From Escherichia phage MRostami-2023e, in sequence record OQ031495: a stretch of 64,000 bases of DNA. One strand, written 5' to 3'. A program made the position numbers and the translations under genes. Below the pieces are notes generated by a model. That model saw nothing but the letters and a program-made list of their open reading frames with translations, searched no databases and had not been told where the DNA came from. Below are positions 56,589 through 64,000 of this stretch, piece after piece. Each line of letters begins with the position of its first letter. The stretch's first letter is position 1.

Positions 56589-57266
56589 ATGAGCACTGAT
56601 GTTATTATAGATTTTGAAACATTCGGCAATACATCAAAAGCGGCTGTTATTGACCTTGCGGTTATTGCATATAATTCCGACCCTGAAGTTGTTGAATCAT
56701 TTGAAGAACTTGTTCAACGTGGTAAGCGAATTAAATTTAATTTAGCTTCTCAGAAAGGGAAGCGAGTTTTCGCTAAATCCACTATGAAATGGTGGAAAGA
56801 ACAATCGGCTGAAGCACGTAAAAACTTGGCCCCGTCTGAAGACGATGTCACTACGCTTGAAGGCATTAAAATCTTTTTAGATTATTGTCGAGCTAATAAA
56901 GTTGACCAATGGAAATCACAGATGTGGTGCCGTGGTATGAGCTTTGACTTCCCGATATTGGTCGATTTGATTCGTGACCTCTATCGTGATGAAGGTGTTC
57001 TTGAACCAGAGATTGATACTGATAAATTAGAACCGGTTAAATTCTGGGCTCAACGCGATATTCGTACGGCAATCGAAGCTTACTCGTTGACACGAGGATT
57101 AAGTATGTGTCCATTACCGATGGGTACGCTAAAAGGATTCGTTGCCCATGATAGTATTCATGATTGTGCTAAAGATATTTTGATGTTAAAATATGCTCAA
57201 CGTTATGCGCTTGGCCTTGAAGATGTCCCTGAGAATCCTGACCCGTTAAGTGTAAAACAGCGATAA
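56589..57266 (+). CDS. dexA: Exonuclease A (DEDD family)
   Basis: VIIDFETFGN exonuclease motif I; adjacent to dda as in T4. Confidence 0.8.
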   Translation: MSTDVIIDFETFGNTSKAAVIDLAVIAYNSDPEVVESFEELVQRGKRIKFNLASQKGKRVFAKSTMKWWKEQSAEARKNLAPSEDDVTTLEGIKIFLDYCRANKVDQWKSQMWCRGMSFDFPILVDLIRDLYRDEGVLEPEIDTDKLEPVKFWAQRDIRTAIEAYSLTRGLSMCPLPMGTLKGFVAHDSIHDCAKDILMLKYAQRYALGLEDVPENPDPLSVKQR

Positions 57267-57271
57267 AATCA

Positions 57272-57301
57272 GTTTACAACCAAGGATGGTTGGAGTATAA
57301 T
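57272..57301 (+). promoter_or_regulatory. Early promoter with embedded hairpin (repeat copy 3 of 4)
   Basis: GTTTAC 57272-57277, CAACCA-agga-TGGTTG, TATAAT 57296-57301. Confidence 0.55.
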
Positions 57302-57331
57302 CTTTCTATCTTAACCAAACTGGAAAACATT

Positions 57332-57826
57332 ATGAATATCAATACTACGGCTACTTACATCCTGAAAGATGAAAAACAAATTAACTGGTACGGTGCTTCA
57401 GTGCGAGCTTATGAAAAGTTTTGTGAAATTTTAGGTGCCACTCAAGGTAATAGTTTCACTATTGTTAACTTCATCAAACAAGCTGAAGGCCCTTGGTTAT
57501 TCTTAGAAATTAAAAATTCATATGGTACAATTTCTACTACCGCCCTTCCAAGCACCGACTTTGAACTGTTGATTGAAGAAGTAGAACCCGTTAAAGACAT
57601 CTGTATTGATATGGATATCGCTTGTATGTACGGTACTCTGATTAAGCCTATTGAGCCTACTGATTTGTTGTGTAAAGCTGTTTCAATTCGACGTCCGTTC
57701 GCAGGTCCAGTGAGTGGATGGGTAACTGATCAGTGGATTGAAGACGGTGTTGAACTTCTGAACGTTGTTCATGCAGGTGATTTTAGTGTAGTTCCACGTA
57801 GTGCTGTGGTTAATATTCTAAATTAA
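57332..57826 (+). CDS. Hypothetical protein, tandem paralog family member 1
   Basis: C-terminal GWVTDQWIEDGVELLNVVHAGDFSVVP shared with 57889 and 58363 ORFs. Confidence 0.5.
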   Translation: MNINTTATYILKDEKQINWYGASVRAYEKFCEILGATQGNSFTIVNFIKQAEGPWLFLEIKNSYGTISTTALPSTDFELLIEEVEPVKDICIDMDIACMYGTLIKPIEPTDLLCKAVSIRRPFAGPVSGWVTDQWIEDGVELLNVVHAGDFSVVPRSAVVNILN

Positions 57827-57829
57827 TGT

Positions 57830-57858
57830 TGTACATCCAAGGATGGATGGAGTATAAT
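57830..57858 (+). promoter_or_regulatory. Early promoter with embedded hairpin (repeat copy 4, compensatory variant)
   Basis: TGTACA, hairpin CATCCA-agga-TGGATG (both arms changed, pairing preserved), TATAAT 57853-57858. Confidence 0.55.
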
Positions 57859-57888
57859 GAATTCAACTTAAACAAAGAGAGAAAAATT

Positions 57889-58353
57889 ATGATTACTATT
57901 GGTGAAATTAAGCGTGTATCAACTGCATCCCGTTCTAAAGCCGCAGGTCGTCTGGTTGAAGTTGTCGGACTTCGCACAAATGGCATGGGACGTATTAAAG
58001 AAGTTAAAGTTCGAATCATTCCTAGCTTTGGACGTCAGGATACTCAGTACGCTTACGTAAGTCCTAAATTCCTGGAATCTCGTGTGAGTGCCCACTTTGC
58101 TTCAAGCGATATCGTTGAGCCTACTACACAGTTCAAATGGGCCTTGTGTAAAGGTGTTGAATTCCAGACTGATAAAGAATTTGACTTCATCGATGAATAC
58201 GGTTATCCAAACAAAACTGATATTATGTGTGGCTTCATTAGTGACCAATGGGTTGAAGATGGTGAAAAGTTATACAATATCGTATTCTTAGGTGACTTCC
58301 GAGTTGTTAAAGAATCTGAAATCACTCGCTATGTGTCTCCTCGTAAAGCTTAA
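57889..58353 (+). CDS. Hypothetical protein, tandem paralog family member 2
   Basis: IKRVSTASRSKAAGRLVEV...GFISDQWVEDGEKLYNIVFLGDFRVV. Confidence 0.5.
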   Translation: MITIGEIKRVSTASRSKAAGRLVEVVGLRTNGMGRIKEVKVRIIPSFGRQDTQYAYVSPKFLESRVSAHFASSDIVEPTTQFKWALCKGVEFQTDKEFDFIDEYGYPNKTDIMCGFISDQWVEDGEKLYNIVFLGDFRVVKESEITRYVSPRKA

Positions 58354-58362
58354 GGAATTATT

Positions 58363-58782
58363 ATGAATATTGTAAATCTCTCTACAGGTGATTACGTATA
58401 TGTATCTGTTGCTTCTCGCTCTAAAGTTGCCGGGAAGTTGGTTGAAGTTCTTTCTGTGAGTGATCCGGTTTTTGGTCGTAACGAAGTTAAAGTTCGTGAC
58501 GCCGATGGTAACATTGGTTACGTTAAAAGCCAATTCATTGAACCAGAAGAAAAAGCGTTCAAATGGGGACTATGCAGATCAGTTTCTGTTGAAAAAGACC
58601 ATGAATTCACTATTGCTGCGGCAACTGATGGAACACCGTGGAAAACTAAGCAAATCGCCGGATTTATTAGCGACCGTTGGGTAGAAGATGGTGTTAAGCT
58701 TTATAACATCGTTTTCGCTGGACAGTTCATGGTAGTTCCTGAATTCCAAATTAAAAAATATAGCCCAGCTGCTTTCGCATAA
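58363..58782 (+). CDS. Hypothetical protein, tandem paralog family member 3
   Basis: VSVASRSKVAGKLVEV...GFISDRWVEDGVKLYNIVFAGQFMVVP. Confidence 0.5.
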   Translation: MNIVNLSTGDYVYVSVASRSKVAGKLVEVLSVSDPVFGRNEVKVRDADGNIGYVKSQFIEPEEKAFKWGLCRSVSVEKDHEFTIAAATDGTPWKTKQIAGFISDRWVEDGVKLYNIVFAGQFMVVPEFQIKKYSPAAFA

Positions 58783-58786
58783 AATT

Positions 58787-58836
58787 GTTTACTTCTCCTC
58801 TGGTTTTGATATTATAACCATATCAACCAGAGGAGA
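58787..58836 (+). promoter_or_regulatory. Early promoter / stem-loop cassette
   Basis: GTTTAC 58787-58792, 17-bp spacer, TATTAT; inverted repeat TCTCCTCTGGTT / AACCAGAGGAGA with SD in the 3' arm. Confidence 0.55.
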
Positions 58837-58841
58837 ATAAT

Positions 58842-59366
58842 ATGTTAGTTTACCGCGTAGAACGTAGTTTTTGTACTCAACGTGAATCATTACCGGGAAT
58901 TGCTATCGAAGACGGTAAAGCCGTCAGAATTTGGGAAACCTCTTGGAATAAAGAACCTCGTTCGCCATATGGTTGGTCGGGCACCGACAACTCTGAAGAA
59001 ACATGGGAGTTCCTTGATAAGCATGGAATACTCTCAGGTAACTTCTACCATCACGGCGACAACTATAACGTCCCTAATCGTCCTACAGTAAATGAAGACA
59101 AAATCCTTGAACAAAATATCTTAAGATACTATAGAATTGAGCACACATTTGAATTGAGTGAAGATTGGGCTCAAGGGTTCTATTTTGGATTTGAAAGTGT
59201 TGACGCGGTTTATGCATGGTTTGATGACCAGGTGGATGTTGAACTCTTGAAAGCTAAAGGATACTACATCGCTGTCTATGAAGCACCTGATTTCATCCTC
59301 GGAAGTTGTCAATTAATGTTTAGACGTTCATTGGCAGAACAAGTTGATTTTATTTTGCTAAAATGA
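58842..59366 (+). CDS. Hypothetical protein
   Basis: 174-aa ORF. Confidence 0.5.
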   Translation: MLVYRVERSFCTQRESLPGIAIEDGKAVRIWETSWNKEPRSPYGWSGTDNSEETWEFLDKHGILSGNFYHHGDNYNVPNRPTVNEDKILEQNILRYYRIEHTFELSEDWAQGFYFGFESVDAVYAWFDDQVDVELLKAKGYYIAVYEAPDFILGSCQLMFRRSLAEQVDFILLK

Positions 59367-59400
59367 TGTACAACAACTATGGTCTATGATACTATAGACC
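59367..59400 (+). promoter_or_regulatory. Early promoter / stem-loop cassette
   Basis: TGTACA 59367-59372, 17-bp spacer, TACTAT; GGTCTAT / ATAGACC inverted repeat. Confidence 0.5.
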
Positions 59401-59423
59401 TATCAAAACAAGAGGAGAATATT

Positions 59424-59651
59424 ATGAAACGTCAAATCATTAAAAACGTAACTACTGATTCAAACATCGATGAGTTTGAAGATGTTCTGTTTAATCCTGA
59501 TTTAGTTGTTGTACAGAAAAACTGGACCGAATTTTTATGCTACACCGAAGTGGTTTACGTTTACGAAAAACTCGGTGATGAAATGCCTATCTATGGTATT
59601 TTCCGTGAAATCACTGAAAACGGTACAACTTATTGGAAGGAAACTTACTAA
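59424..59651 (+). CDS. Hypothetical protein
   Basis: 75-aa ORF with SD AGAGGAGAA. Confidence 0.45.
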   Translation: MKRQIIKNVTTDSNIDEFEDVLFNPDLVVVQKNWTEFLCYTEVVYVYEKLGDEMPIYGIFREITENGTTYWKETY

Positions 59652-60064
59652 TGGCTAATAAATTTGAAGTTAATAAATGGTATCAGTTCATAGATAAACG
59701 TGCCCAAGAAGAGTTTATTAAAGACCACACTGATAATGGGATTTATGCACGCCGTCTTGGCATGGAGCCATTTAAAGTATTAGATGTTGACCATCTTGGA
59801 CGTCCTACTAAACTTGTGACATCTACTGGCATGGTTGGATACGCAACAGGCGGTGATATTCTTGATGAAAACTTTATCTGGCTCTCCACGAATGAAGCAG
59901 AGTTCTTTGACGAAGTTGGAAATCCGTATCAAGCGTCCGAAGAGCAAGATTCTGATGAACTTGGCGAATTGTCTGAATTTCCTGCGATGACGATTACTAT
60001 CAAAAATAACGACCAGGCATGGTCTTTGTATCAAATGTTGAAAGCTCACTTTAAGGAACAATAA
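59651..60064 (+). CDS. Hypothetical protein
   Basis: 137-aa ORF. Confidence 0.5.
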   Translation: MANKFEVNKWYQFIDKRAQEEFIKDHTDNGIYARRLGMEPFKVLDVDHLGRPTKLVTSTGMVGYATGGDILDENFIWLSTNEAEFFDEVGNPYQASEEQDSDELGELSEFPAMTITIKNNDQAWSLYQMLKAHFKEQ

Positions 60065-60243
60065 TGCCGTTATACGACTATAAATGTCAATCTGAAGATT
60101 GTGGTCATGAATATGAAAAAATTAAAAGGATTTCTGAACGAGAAAACGATGTTTGCCCTGAATGTCATCGTCTGTCTACTCGTCGGGTTTCTGCTCCTAA
60201 ACATGTGAACGGTGGTTTTTACGACTTACTTAAGAAGGGTTAA
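60064..60243 (+). CDS. Small zinc-ribbon protein
   Basis: 59-aa ORF with CxxxxC...CxxC (YDYKCQSEDCGHEY...DVCPECHR); below track cutoff. Confidence 0.4.
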   Translation: MPLYDYKCQSEDCGHEYEKIKRISERENDVCPECHRLSTRRVSAPKHVNGGFYDLLKKG

Positions 60244-60245
60244 TT

Positions 60246-60671
60246 ATGGCTTTTAAAGGTTTTGAAGTTGGTAAGAAATATCGTATTATCAAAGGACAGG
60301 AAGATAATTTCTTGAGAATTCTTAATACGACTGGTAAACGTCTTAATACTAATCTGCATACTACTTTATTGTCTAAAGATTTTATTGTGGAAGAGATGAT
60401 TGGTTATGGTGTTTCAGTGATTGCCGTAGAAGCCGTAGGCGATTATGGCCGAACTATTCATAGTATGCAAGGTGATATTCTGATTTATGGTGCAGAATTT
60501 AAATTCTTTGAAGAAGTTCCGGAACCAGATACAGCTGTCGATTTCAAAAAAGGCTCTATAGAATTTGTTGATGGTTCGGTGATCGTATCAGGCGATGTGG
60601 TCATTACGGTTAAAAGTGAACAAGGGCGTTTAGCTGCAATTGATACACTTCAGAAAATTAAATTTAAATAA
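60246..60671 (+). CDS. Hypothetical protein
   Basis: 141-aa ORF. Confidence 0.5.
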   Translation: MAFKGFEVGKKYRIIKGQEDNFLRILNTTGKRLNTNLHTTLLSKDFIVEEMIGYGVSVIAVEAVGDYGRTIHSMQGDILIYGAEFKFFEEVPEPDTAVDFKKGSIEFVDGSVIVSGDVVITVKSEQGRLAAIDTLQKIKFK

Positions 60672-60688
60672 GGGCTCCGGCCCTTTTT
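60671..60688 (+). terminator. Rho-independent terminator
   Basis: AGGGC tccg GCCCT followed by TTTTT. Confidence 0.6.
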
Positions 60689-60734
60689 GCTTTAGATTTC
60701 GGATGATAGAATACCTTCATAACGAGGAGACAAC

Positions 60735-62552
60735 ATGATTAAAAATGAAATTAAGGTATTGTCGGATGTAGAACATATTAAGAAACGTAGTGGTATGTAT
60801 ATTGGTTCTTCGGCCAAAGAAGCACATGAGCGTTTTTTGTTTGGTAAATATCAACAAGTTGAATATGTTCCTGGTCTGGTTAAATTAATCGATGAGATTA
60901 TTGACAACTCGGTTGATGAAGCTATTCGTACATCATTTAAGTTTGCAAATAAAATTGATGTGCAAATTAAAAATAATCAAGTTTCTGTGGAAGATAACGG
61001 ACGTGGTATTCCTCAAGGTTTAGTTACCGACCAAACAGGTGAACAAATTCCTGGGCCTGTAGCAGCCTGGACTATTCCAAAGGCTGGTGGTAACTTTGGT
61101 GACGACTCTGAACGCAAGACTGGTGGTATGAACGGCGTCGGGAGTAGTTTAACTAATATCTTCTCTACGTTGTTTACAGGCATTACGTCAGATGGTGAAA
61201 ATGAAATCACTGTTAACTGTTCAAACGGAATGGAAAACAAATCATGGTCTTCTAAGAAATCTAAAGGTAAAGGCACTAAAGTAATCTTCACTCCTGATTT
61301 CACTTCATTTGAAGAGCATAATTTATCTCAAATTTATTTAGATATTACTTTAGACCGACTTCAAACATTGGCAGTCGTTTATCCTGACATCAAGTTCACA
61401 TTTAATGGTAAAAAGGTTGATGGTAATTTTAAACGATTTGCTAAACAATTTGGTGAAGATAATATCATTCAAGAAAATGATAAAGTCTCTATAGCATTCA
61501 CAACATCGCCAGATGGCTTCCGTCATTTAACTTATGTGAATAACATCCATACTAAAAATGGTGGTCATCATGTTGAATGCGTAATGGATGATATCTGCGA
61601 ACATCTTTTGCCCGGTATTAAAAAGAAATATAAGGGTATTGAAGTCACTAAAGCTCGTGTTAAAGAATGTCTCACAATGTTGATGTTTATTAGAGACATG
61701 AGCAACATGCGTTTTGATTCTCAGACTAAAGAACGTTTAACGTCAACGTATGGTGATATTCGTAATCATATCCAATTAGATGCTAAGAAAATTGCTCAGG
61801 CACTTCTTAAAAACGAAGCCTTGATTATGCCTATTGTTGAAGCAGCATTAGCTCGTAAATTGGCGGCAGAAAAGGCTGCAGAAACTAAAGCAGCTAAAAA
61901 GGCAACTAAAGCTAAGGTTCATAAGCATATTAAAGCTAACCAATGCGGTAAAGATGCAGATACGACATTGTTCTTAACAGAAGGTGATTCGGCAATTGGT
62001 TATCTCATTGATGTTCGTGACCGTGAACTACACGGTGGATTCCCATTACGTGGTAAGGTGATGAATAGCTGGGGTATGTCATATGCTGATATGATGAAGA
62101 ACAAAGAGCTCTTTGATATCTGTGCTATCACAGGTCTTATTCTTGGTGAAAAGGCAGAGAATACGAACTATCGTAATATTGCAATTATGACCGATGCCGA
62201 TCATGACGGTCTTGGAAGTATTTACCCGGCTTTGCTTGCTTTCTTTAGTAATTGGCCTGAATTGTTTGAACAAGGACGTATTCGCTTTGTTAAAACGCCT
62301 GTAATTATTGCACAAATTGGCAAAACTCAAAAATGGTTTTATACTGTAGCTGAGTATGAAGAAGTTAAAGATACACTGCCTAAGCATAGTATTAGATACA
62401 TCAAGGGATTAGGCTCCCTTGAAAAGTCAGAATATCGTGAAATGATTCAGAACCCTGTGTACGACGTAGTTAAACTTCCTGAAAATTGGAAAGAACTCTT
62501 TGAAATGTTGTTGGGTGATGATTCAGAACTTCGTAAAGAATGGATGTCCTAA
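60735..62552 (+). CDS. 39: DNA topoisomerase II large subunit (ATPase + TOPRIM), unsplit 39/60-type
   Basis: 605 aa; GHKL ATPase N-terminus and TOPRIM motifs LFLTEGDSA and IMTDADHDG in one reading frame. Confidence 0.9.
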   Translation: MIKNEIKVLSDVEHIKKRSGMYIGSSAKEAHERFLFGKYQQVEYVPGLVKLIDEIIDNSVDEAIRTSFKFANKIDVQIKNNQVSVEDNGRGIPQGLVTDQTGEQIPGPVAAWTIPKAGGNFGDDSERKTGGMNGVGSSLTNIFSTLFTGITSDGENEITVNCSNGMENKSWSSKKSKGKGTKVIFTPDFTSFEEHNLSQIYLDITLDRLQTLAVVYPDIKFTFNGKKVDGNFKRFAKQFGEDNIIQENDKVSIAFTTSPDGFRHLTYVNNIHTKNGGHHVECVMDDICEHLLPGIKKKYKGIEVTKARVKECLTMLMFIRDMSNMRFDSQTKERLTSTYGDIRNHIQLDAKKIAQALLKNEALIMPIVEAALARKLAAEKAAETKAAKKATKAKVHKHIKANQCGKDADTTLFLTEGDSAIGYLIDVRDRELHGGFPLRGKVMNSWGMSYADMMKNKELFDICAITGLILGEKAENTNYRNIAIMTDADHDGLGSIYPALLAFFSNWPELFEQGRIRFVKTPVIIAQIGKTQKWFYTVAEYEEVKDTLPKHSIRYIKGLGSLEKSEYREMIQNPVYDVVKLPENWKELFEMLLGDDSELRKEWMS

Positions 62553-62575
62553 GCTCCTTTGGGAGCTTCATTTTA
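62552..62575 (+). terminator. Terminator-like hairpin
   Basis: AGCTCC tttg GGAGCT followed by TCATTTT. Confidence 0.5.
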
Positions 62576-62594
62576 ATTTTAATAAGGCTTAATT

Positions 62595-63695
62595 ATGAAA
62601 GTTATGTTTATCCCATCTCGCGCAGTCCCATTTAATCCTGACCGTGTACAAGGTGGCCTTGAAGCAGTACATTTAAATGTGTTGAAATATTTAGTTTCTA
62701 TTGGTGCTGATATTGATTATATCGGCTTTGATAATGACACGTTTGGTGACTGGAAAGTTACACACCATCCTGTTGGTCATCTGACAAAATTCAGTCTAGG
62801 TATGAGTTATACTATGGCTCGTAAGATTGTTGAACTAGCCGGCATCCATGAATACGATTTTGTTGTTACTATGGAACCGACTAAACTAACCGTTCAGGCA
62901 ATTAAAGACGCAGGTCTCTCTAAAGTTCATAAGAATTTTATGGCAACACCATTTGAACCGGTATCTCGTGGTATTGTTCAAATTTGGGACCAGACTATTC
63001 AAATTCATAAGAATGGTGGTAAGAGTTATGCTCCCACTAAAGCCTTCCGTGAATTTGAACGCAAATATTGTTATATGACTTCAGGTCTGACTGACAAAAT
63101 TGATTATGATTATTGGCGAGCAAATCCGTTGTTTGAAGCCGAAGATTATCCGGTTATTTGTTTGAATGAGAAACCTGAAGTTCTTCCGGCGACTGATCTG
63201 ATTATTAGTGCACAACGTTATGACACTAAAATGCGTCGTACTGATGTTGCTCTTGAAGCAATTAAAGCACTAGGCGAAAATGGTATTGGTTATTGTCCTA
63301 GTAAATGGGCACCACCAGCTAAATATCCTGTTATTATTGATGCTCCACACAGTGAAATTATGGAACGTCTTAAAACAGCTAAAGCACTTATTAATACGTG
63401 TCCTGACACAGGTACGGTAGAGAATAGTTCTATTGAAGCCATCTCTAAAGGTGTCCCTGTAATCCAGTTAGTTTTTAAGGATTATCCTCATGCGACATTC
63501 GAATACGACCCAGATACTGTGCGTGTAGAAATTGATTCCTCTACTCCTAAGAAAGAAGTAGTTGCGCTTTACACAAAAGCTGTATTAGAATTCACTGACA
63601 CATACGAAGCTAGAGTTAAACGTGCTGAAGCAGTATGGAAGAAGTATAACCGAGATGCAGTTGTTGCGATGTGGGATAAAATCTTCACAGCGTAA
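62595..63695 (+). CDS. GT-B-fold glycosyltransferase (candidate DNA hydroxymethylcytosine glycosyltransferase)
   Basis: 366 aa; N-terminal MKVMFIPSRAVPFNPDRVQGGLEAVHLNVLKYL and C-terminal GTVENSSIEAISKGVPVI resemble GT4-type donor-binding motifs. Confidence 0.55.
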   Translation: MKVMFIPSRAVPFNPDRVQGGLEAVHLNVLKYLVSIGADIDYIGFDNDTFGDWKVTHHPVGHLTKFSLGMSYTMARKIVELAGIHEYDFVVTMEPTKLTVQAIKDAGLSKVHKNFMATPFEPVSRGIVQIWDQTIQIHKNGGKSYAPTKAFREFERKYCYMTSGLTDKIDYDYWRANPLFEAEDYPVICLNEKPEVLPATDLIISAQRYDTKMRRTDVALEAIKALGENGIGYCPSKWAPPAKYPVIIDAPHSEIMERLKTAKALINTCPDTGTVENSSIEAISKGVPVIQLVFKDYPHATFEYDPDTVRVEIDSSTPKKEVVALYTKAVLEFTDTYEARVKRAEAVWKKYNRDAVVAMWDKIFTA

Positions 63696-63787
63696 ATCCT
63701 GAATAGCCTGAGGCACTATTACACATAAGATGATAGATTATATGGTCTTTAGTAATAGTGCCCTAGGAATCTACTGAAGAGAATATT

Positions 63788-63988
63788 ATGAGAACATATA
63801 ACGTGGACTTGGAACTTTTTGATAAAGCAGTGCTCCGGGAATTCCGGCTTATCCAAAGATTTTTTGATATCGAGTCGGCAGAGTCCTTTAAAGAACGCTT
63901 TAAAGAAATTCGATATAAAATACAAACCGATACAGCTACTAAAGAAGAACTTCTTGAAGTAGCAGAAATTTTTAAACGTAACTTGTGA
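63788..63988 (+). CDS. Hypothetical protein
   Basis: 66-aa ORF with SD AGAGAA upstream. Confidence 0.45.
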   Translation: MRTYNVDLELFDKAVLREFRLIQRFFDIESAESFKERFKEIRYKIQTDTATKEELLEVAEIFKRNL

Positions 63989-64000
63989 TGAGAGAAAAAT

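Noticed and set aside
702-57826. Extended N-termini of several track ORFs (e.g. 702, 2248, 3543, 7842, 11325, 17096, 24841, 30288, 32586, 57290, 57826)
   Set aside because: These extensions start at non-ATG codons or run through promoter cassettes and upstream genes. Starts were moved to the first ATG with a Shine-Dalgarno that also matches T4 homologue N-termini where known.
346-61303. Many minus-strand ORFs of 60-200 aa in the track (e.g. 346-690, 9784-10119, 27932-28420, 29715-30167, 32418-33011, 53621-54100)
   Set aside because: All lie antisense inside well-supported + strand genes with clear homologues, lack ribosome-binding sites, and are typical of AT-rich sequence. Only 50134-50331, in an intergenic gap with an SD, was kept.
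1-64000. CRISPR arrays, tRNA genes, integrase or transposase genes
   Set aside because: No regularly spaced direct repeats, no tRNA-like T-loop or acceptor-stem pattern seen by eye, and no recombinase-like ORFs. A T4-type tRNA cluster would lie outside this window or inside a masked run.

Overview
The window reads as the early/middle gene region of a T4-like (Tevenvirinae) phage, almost entirely on the + strand and colinear with the T4 map from lysozyme e to topoisomerase gene 39. Recognisable core genes in order are: e (5' partial), denV, regB, tk, nrdC, 49, nrdD, nrdG, nrdH-like, 55, 47, 46, rpbA-like, 45, 44, 62, regA, 43, 42, uvsX, 40, 41, 61, 56, soc, two Mod-like ADP-ribosyltransferases, dda, dexA and an unsplit 39. 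Between them lie many small phage-specific ORFs, most preceded by a repeated early-promoter/stem-loop cassette (GTTTAC or TGTACA -35, about 17 bp, TAnnAT -10, with an inverted repeat around the -10). The most interesting signal is a sugar-nucleotide biosynthesis cassette inserted between genes 43 and 42 (KdsD-like arabinose-5-phosphate isomerase, fused nucleotidyltransferase/kinase, small KdsC/HAD-like phosphatase, Cys-rich protein). It is accompanied by non-T4 genes at the beta-glucosyltransferase position and a GT-B glycosyltransferase after gene 39, while agt, bgt and dam are not seen at their T4 positions. This points to a self-contained hydroxymethylcytosine-pentosylation (probably arabinosylation) system rather than T4-type glucosylation. 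Other notable items are a TARG1-like macro-domain gene, a Pol-beta-type nucleotidyltransferase, an in-frame TAA inside nrdG, a denV C-terminal extension carrying an internal capsid-targeting-like motif, and a host-like GrcA-type glycyl-radical gene. Eight runs of N are masked sequence, not biology. All homology calls are from reading the translations and recalled family motifs; no database search was run.
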